A DNA stretch of 50,384 nt from Pseudomonadota bacterium (lineage in GTDB: Bacteria > Pseudomonadota > Alphaproteobacteria > Micavibrionales > UBA2020), in the NCBI GenBank assembly GCA_043806835.1, contig JAZDGQ010000037.1, positions 1 through 50,384 on the forward strand, written 5' to 3'. How positions within the stretch are numbered: position 1 is the first letter of the stretch; every line of letters begins with the position of its first letter. Made by a program: the position numbers and the translations under genes. This document shows, piece by piece, positions 45,619 to 50,384 of this stretch. The notes beneath the pieces are model-generated. The model saw nothing but the letters and a program-made list of their open reading frames with translations. It was not told the DNA's origin and did not search any database.

Positions 45619-47247
45619 TCAGTCCTTGTCGGGCGCGTGCGCCAAGGCGAGGAATCCGTCCGCATCCTTGCCTGTGTCGCGGGTATTGATGCTCACCAGC
45701 CACAGGGTCAGGAAGGCTGCCGCGACGCCGTAAATGCCGGGACCCCCGCTGGTCGGCAGGCCGAGGAAGGACTTGACGCCGGACAGCAGCAGGATGATGA
45801 ACACCATCGCGATGCTGAGGCCGACCCAGACGCTGGCGATGACGCCCTGCCGCGTCGCGCGACGCCACCACAGCGTGCCGAGCATGGCCGGGAAGATGGC
45901 GCTGGCGGCGATCCCGAACCCGAGGGTCACCAGCCAGGCGACGTTCTCGTCGCGCAGAACCGCCGCCAGAGCCACGGCGATCACCGACATGACAACCGTG
46001 GTGACACGGGCGATCAGGATGCCCTGCTTGTCGGTCGCGTTCTGGTTGATATACACCTTATAGACGTCATTGCTGAAGGCCGAGGCGACGGTAATCATCA
46101 GACCGGCGGCCGTCGACAGAACCGCCGCCACCGCGCCGGCGGCGGCTATCGCGACCAGCCACCTGCCGCCGACGAGATTGCTGATCTCCAGCACGGCCAT
46201 GTTCTTGGCCAGGCCGACACCGGTCGGCCCCTGCGAAATCCAGCTCACCAGCTTGGGATAGATGGCCGGGAACAGCATGAAGCCGAGAATGATGGCGGCC
46301 AGATAGAAGACGGCGAGAGCGGAGATGCAGAGCGCCACGCTCTTCTTGGCGGCGCGCGCGCTCGGCACCGTGAAGAACATGACCAGGATGTGCGGCAGGC
46401 CGGCGGTGCCGAAAATCAGCGCCACGACCATGCTTATCATGGCCAGAGAGCCGCCGGTCTTGACGCCGACGGTCATGGCGCTGGGCGCATCCGGCATCAA
46501 CTGGCGCGCGGTTTCTATCGCCCGCATCGAATCCGCGTTGGTCATGCCTCTGAGGGCGTCGACGACGGCGGGGTTTTTGCCCGCGAGCAGCGGCGGCACC
46601 GCCTTGGCGGCGGCGTTCAGCGCATCCAGAAAGCCGTCACCGACCGTGAAATAGGCGAGCACGACCAGGAGCACCATGGTTATCCATAGGAACAGAGCCT
46701 GAAGCACCTGATTGTAGAGCGTGCTCTTCATGCCGCCGAAGACGACGTAAATGCTGATGAGCGCGCCGATGCCGGTCGTCACCCAGAGGAAATCCCAGTT
46801 CAGCAGCATGACGAACAAGGCTCCGGCGCCGATCATCTGCGGAACCAGATAGAAGGTCGAGACGACGATCGTGCAGACGGTGATGGCGAGCTTGACCTTC
46901 TCATCCGGGTAACGGCGGTGCAGCGCGCCGGCAACCGTAAAGGTTCCGACGTTACGCAACGGCCCGGCGATCAGGAACAGCAGGGACATGTAGCCGCCGA
47001 AGAAGCCGACGGATATCCAGATGGAGTCGATGCCGAAAACCCCGATGTCGCCAGCGCAGCCCAGGAAGCTGGCGGCCGACAGATAGCTGCCGACCATGGC
47101 GATGCCGACCTGAACCCAGGGCACGCCCTTGCCGGCGACGTAGAAATCGGAGGCCGAGGAGGTGCTGCGGCTGGTCCACCAGGTGATGACGATGCTGGCG
47201 ATCACGAAGAACAGGATGAAGCCGATGATGAGGAAATTGTCTTCCAT
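45619..47247 (-). CDS. actP: Cation/acetate symporter (ActP-like, SSS family)
   Basis: DFYVAG, YLSAASFLG, YLVPQMIGAG, GTAGLPHIL. Confidence 0.85.
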   Translation of the reverse strand: MEDNFLIIGFILFFVIASIVITWWTSRSTSSASDFYVAGKGVPWVQVGIAMVGSYLSAASFLGCAGDIGVFGIDSIWISVGFFGGYMSLLFLIAGPLRNVGTFTVAGALHRRYPDEKVKLAITVCTIVVSTFYLVPQMIGAGALFVMLLNWDFLWVTTGIGALISIYVVFGGMKSTLYNQVLQALFLWITMVLLVVLAYFTVGDGFLDALNAAAKAVPPLLAGKNPAVVDALRGMTNADSMRAIETARQLMPDAPSAMTVGVKTGGSLAMISMVVALIFGTAGLPHILVMFFTVPSARAAKKSVALCISALAVFYLAAIILGFMLFPAIYPKLVSWISQGPTGVGLAKNMAVLEISNLVGGRWLVAIAAAGAVAAVLSTAAGLMITVASAFSNDVYKVYINQNATDKQGILIARVTTVVMSVIAVALAAVLRDENVAWLVTLGFGIAASAIFPAMLGTLWWRRATRQGVIASVWVGLSIAMVFIILLLSGVKSFLGLPTSGGPGIYGVAAAFLTLWLVSINTRDTGKDADGFLALAHAPDKD

Positions 47248-47250
47248 GGA

Positions 47251-47502
47251 TCAGCCCCCCTTCCTGAACCAGATGACGATCAGAACCCACGACAGAGGGA
47301 AAACCAGCAGCGAACTCAGCAGGCAGAGCGGCATTCCGAAGACCGGGATCATGCCGTAATCGCGAAGCACCGGCGTGCTCAGAGTGGCACTGAAGATGTA
47401 AAAGGCGAAAAAGATGAAAAACAGGCCGAAATTGACAATCGCTTTCTTTCGCAGATTGGAGGCCGGCGGCGATGCGGCGTTTCCGGGGGCGGGTTCGGTC
47501 AT
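47251..47502 (-). CDS. Small membrane protein (DUF485-like partner of ActP)
   Basis: 83 aa, two TM segments, directly upstream of actP. Confidence 0.75.
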   Translation of the reverse strand: MTEPAPGNAASPPASNLRKKAIVNFGLFFIFFAFYIFSATLSTPVLRDYGMIPVFGMPLCLLSSLLVFPLSWVLIVIWFRKGG

Positions 47503-47565
47503 TTCAACTCCTAAAGCGGCTAAAAAACCGACAGACGTCGACTATCGGCACAGACCGCCCTTGAA

Positions 47566-47594
47566 AAAGTACCGAAGGGAAGACGCGAAGTCAA
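47566..47594 (-). promoter_or_regulatory. Sigma70-type promoter for the actP operon
   Basis: Minus strand TTGACT-17 nt-TACTTT. Confidence 0.55.
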
Positions 47595-47618
47595 GCGGCG
47601 GACGCGCGGAAATCGGAT

Positions 47619-49013
47619 TTAATGAACATTGTTGAGAAGGATGTGCGCCCAGATGCCGGCGGCGTAGCCGAGCGCCACGGCCCAGCTCCATTTCAGGTGG
47701 CTGAAGAACGTGTAAACGCCCCGCGCCTGCCCCATCAGCGCGACGCCGGCGGCGGAGCCGATGGACAGGATCGACCCGCCGATGCCGACGGTCAGCGTCA
47801 CAAGCAGCCACTGGCCGTGGCTTATGTCGGGTGCCATGCGGAGAACGGCGAACATGACGGGGATATTGTCGATGACGGCGGAGACGAGGCCGATCAGGAT
47901 GCCGGCGGTCGTCGCTCCCATGTCCTGATAGAGAAAACGGGAAAGCCCCGTGAGATATCCGATCGTTCCAAGCCCCCCGATGCACAGGATGATGCCGTAA
48001 AAGAAAAGCAGCGTATCCCATTCCACCCGCCTGATGCTGGTAAAGATGTCAAACGGCTTTTCCACTTTCCTGTCCGTCTCGTATTTCCTGATGAAATGGC
48101 CGTAGAGCATCAGCAGCCCCAGCCCCGTCATCATCCCGAGGAAAGGAGGCAGGGACAGCGTATGATACAGCACCACCGTCAACGCCACCGTCAGCATGAA
48201 AAGGGCGATGACGACATATCCGCCCCGCTTGACGACGGCGCTGTCGCCCGACACTTTCGGGGAAGTCTCGTTGCTGATGGCGAAGGACATCAGGACGGCC
48301 GGCACCAGCCAGCTCACCAGGGACGGGATGAACAGGGCAAAAAATTCAAAAAACGTGACAATCCCTTTTTGCCAGACCATCAGGGTCGTGATGTCCCCGA
48401 AGGGGCAGAACGCGCCGCCCGCGTTCGCCGCGACGACGATGCTGATGAAGGAAACCGATACGAAAACGGGGTTTCCGGCGCCGACGGCCAGCACGACCGC
48501 GCCGAAGACAAGCGCCGTCGTCAGGTTGTCCGCCACCGGCGACATGAAAAAAGCCATCAGCCCCGTGATCCAGTAAATCGTTTTGAAGGACAGCCCCATG
48601 GAGACCATTTTCACGCGCAATGCCTGAAATACGTTCCGTTCCTCCAGAGTGTTGATGTAGGTCATGGCCGACAGCAGAAAGAAGGCCACTTCCGCGTATT
48701 CCAGAAAATTCTGGCGCAGAAGCTCGGAGACTTCCCCGCCCCTTCCGTTCTGATGATAGATGTACGCCACCAGAACCCAGACGATCCCCGCCGCGACGAT
48801 CACGGGCTTGGATTTGCGGATATGGATGACTTCCTCGGAAACCACCAGAAGATAGGCGAGGACAACCAGCGCCAGGCAGACATAGCCCGCCCAGTGGCCG
48901 GTGTAATCCGGCGCGGCCCCTTCCGCCGCGTAGGCCGGACGGGACAGGAGGAACATCAGGGACGCGAAGATTATTCCCTGCAGTCTGCTTCTAAAAGCGC
49001 CGATTTTTGTCAT
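47619..49013 (-). CDS. nhaD: Na+/H+ antiporter NhaD
   Basis: RKSKP, ADNLTT, AANAGGA..PFGDITT, EWDTLLFFYG, DNIPV, SIGSAAGV. Confidence 0.92.
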   Translation of the reverse strand: MTKIGAFRSRLQGIIFASLMFLLSRPAYAAEGAAPDYTGHWAGYVCLALVVLAYLLVVSEEVIHIRKSKPVIVAAGIVWVLVAYIYHQNGRGGEVSELLRQNFLEYAEVAFFLLSAMTYINTLEERNVFQALRVKMVSMGLSFKTIYWITGLMAFFMSPVADNLTTALVFGAVVLAVGAGNPVFVSVSFISIVVAANAGGAFCPFGDITTLMVWQKGIVTFFEFFALFIPSLVSWLVPAVLMSFAISNETSPKVSGDSAVVKRGGYVVIALFMLTVALTVVLYHTLSLPPFLGMMTGLGLLMLYGHFIRKYETDRKVEKPFDIFTSIRRVEWDTLLFFYGIILCIGGLGTIGYLTGLSRFLYQDMGATTAGILIGLVSAVIDNIPVMFAVLRMAPDISHGQWLLVTLTVGIGGSILSIGSAAGVALMGQARGVYTFFSHLKWSWAVALGYAAGIWAHILLNNVH

Positions 49014-50284
49014 GCCGCCTTCTCCTTCAGTTGTTCCAGCTTCGCCCCGACGGAGGAAAGCTTGCCGACGATGTTCTCGTAGCCGCGCTCCAGATGATAG
49101 ATGCGGTGGACGACGGTCTCCCCTTCGGCGATCAGCCCCGCCAGGACGAGGGAGACGGACGCCCGCAGATCCGACGCCATGACCTCCGCGCCCTTCAGCC
49201 TGTCCACGCCGCGCACAAGGGCGGAAGCACCGTGGACGGTGATGTCGGCTCCCATGCGCGCCAGCTCGGGAACGTGCATGAAGCGGTTTTCGAAAATCGT
49301 TTCCGTGACCATGCCCGCGCCCTCGGCAATCGCCAGCATCGACATCATCTGCGCCTGAAGGTCGGTCGGGAATCCGGGATAGGGCTCCGTCATGACGTCC
49401 ACGCCGCGCAGACGCCCGTTGACCCTCTTCACGGTGATGCTGTCGCTGCCCCCCGTGATCTCGACGCCCGACCTGTGCAGCGGGTCGAGGAGATAGTCAA
49501 GGTGGTGGATATTGCCGTTCTTCAGCGTCAGTTTTCCCCCGGCCATGGCTCCCGCGATGGCGAACGTCCCGGCCTCGATCCGGTCGGCGATGACGGTATG
49601 CTCCGTCCCGCGCAGGAAGGTCTTTCCGTGAATGATGATCTTGTCCGTACCCAGACCTTCGATCTCCGCGCCCATCTTGTTCAGGCATTCGCCGAGGTCG
49701 ATGATCTCCGGCTCGCGGGCGGCATTGACGAGCGTGGTGACTCCTCTGGCCAGCGTCGCCGCCATCATGACGTTCTCGGTCGCGCCCACGGAGACTTTCG
49801 GGAAGTGGATATGCGCGCCCCTCAGTCCCTGCGGCGCTTTCGCCTCGATATAGCCATCGACAAGCCCGATGTCCGCGCCAAGCTGCCGCAACCCCTCAAT
49901 ATGCAGATCGACGGGGCGGGTGCCAATGGCGCAGCCTCCGGGCAGGGACACTTTCGCTTCGCCGTGCCGCGCCACCAGGGACCCCAGCACAAGGACGCTC
50001 GCCCGCATTTTACGCACCAGATCGTAGGGCGCAACGCATCCGGTGATTGCAGGGACGTGCAGACGAAGGGTTTTGCTTCCGGCATCATAGGAGGACACGG
50101 CGCCCAGCAGCGCCAGTACCTCGCCGAGGGAGGCGACGTCCCGGAGATTCGGAACCCTGTGCAGAATGAGCGGCTGATCGGTCAGAAGCGCCGCCGCCAT
50201 CAGCGGAAGCACTGCGTTCTTGGCGCCGCTGATTTCAATCTCACCATTAAGCGGCGCACCGCCATAAATCCTGATCCTGTCCAT
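49010..50284 (-). CDS. murA: UDP-N-acetylglucosamine 1-carboxyvinyltransferase
   Basis: GAKNA, LPGGCAIGTRP, AAREPE, DRIEAGT, PGFPTD, DLRA. Confidence 0.97.
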   Translation of the reverse strand: MDRIRIYGGAPLNGEIEISGAKNAVLPLMAAALLTDQPLILHRVPNLRDVASLGEVLALLGAVSSYDAGSKTLRLHVPAITGCVAPYDLVRKMRASVLVLGSLVARHGEAKVSLPGGCAIGTRPVDLHIEGLRQLGADIGLVDGYIEAKAPQGLRGAHIHFPKVSVGATENVMMAATLARGVTTLVNAAREPEIIDLGECLNKMGAEIEGLGTDKIIIHGKTFLRGTEHTVIADRIEAGTFAIAGAMAGGKLTLKNGNIHHLDYLLDPLHRSGVEITGGSDSITVKRVNGRLRGVDVMTEPYPGFPTDLQAQMMSMLAIAEGAGMVTETIFENRFMHVPELARMGADITVHGASALVRGVDRLKGAEVMASDLRASVSLVLAGLIAEGETVVHRIYHLERGYENIVGKLSSVGAKLEQLKEKAA

Positions 50285-50384
50285 TAATGCCCGTCTTTAG
50301 ATGTTTTCGTGGAAGTCATGAGTTGTTGTCTCATACAAGGGCGCGGATGGGAAGAGGGATAAAAAATAATTACATAATTATAAA

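Overview
Chromosomal window from a GC-rich alphaproteobacterium, judged from gcrA, addAB-trxA and a CtrA-type box. The many prepilin-type proteins and secreted Cys-motif paralogues suggest a Micavibrio-like lineage, which is inference only. Most of the window is housekeeping: rsmD, an MCE/Mla-type ABC operon, ppx/sixA, terC, a nucleotide-sugar dehydrogenase, a peptidoglycan cluster (amidase, L,D-transpeptidase, DD-carboxypeptidase), gcrA, tsaE/murU, addBA-trxA, mscS, rpsU, sppA, rib genes, hemC, znuABC, actP, nhaD and murA. Five things stand out. (1) An unannotated 40-aa lipoprotein ends in an Lpp/OprI-like C-terminal Lys motif and faces an ErfK/YbiS-type L,D-transpeptidase; it may be a minimal Braun-type tether with no coiled coil. 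(2) Three tandem paralogous prepilin-type adhesin-like genes share a scaffold but carry different inserted modules, downstream of a perfect CtrA box. (3) A decayed pilin duplicate is interrupted by a 99-bp IS5-like MITE with a TTAA duplication. (4) An AT-rich DUF5131 radical-SAM plus TcmP-like cassette lies inside the znuA/znuCB locus beside a Zur-like box. (5) rpsU probably starts at a non-canonical codon. No rRNA, tRNA or CRISPR array was seen.
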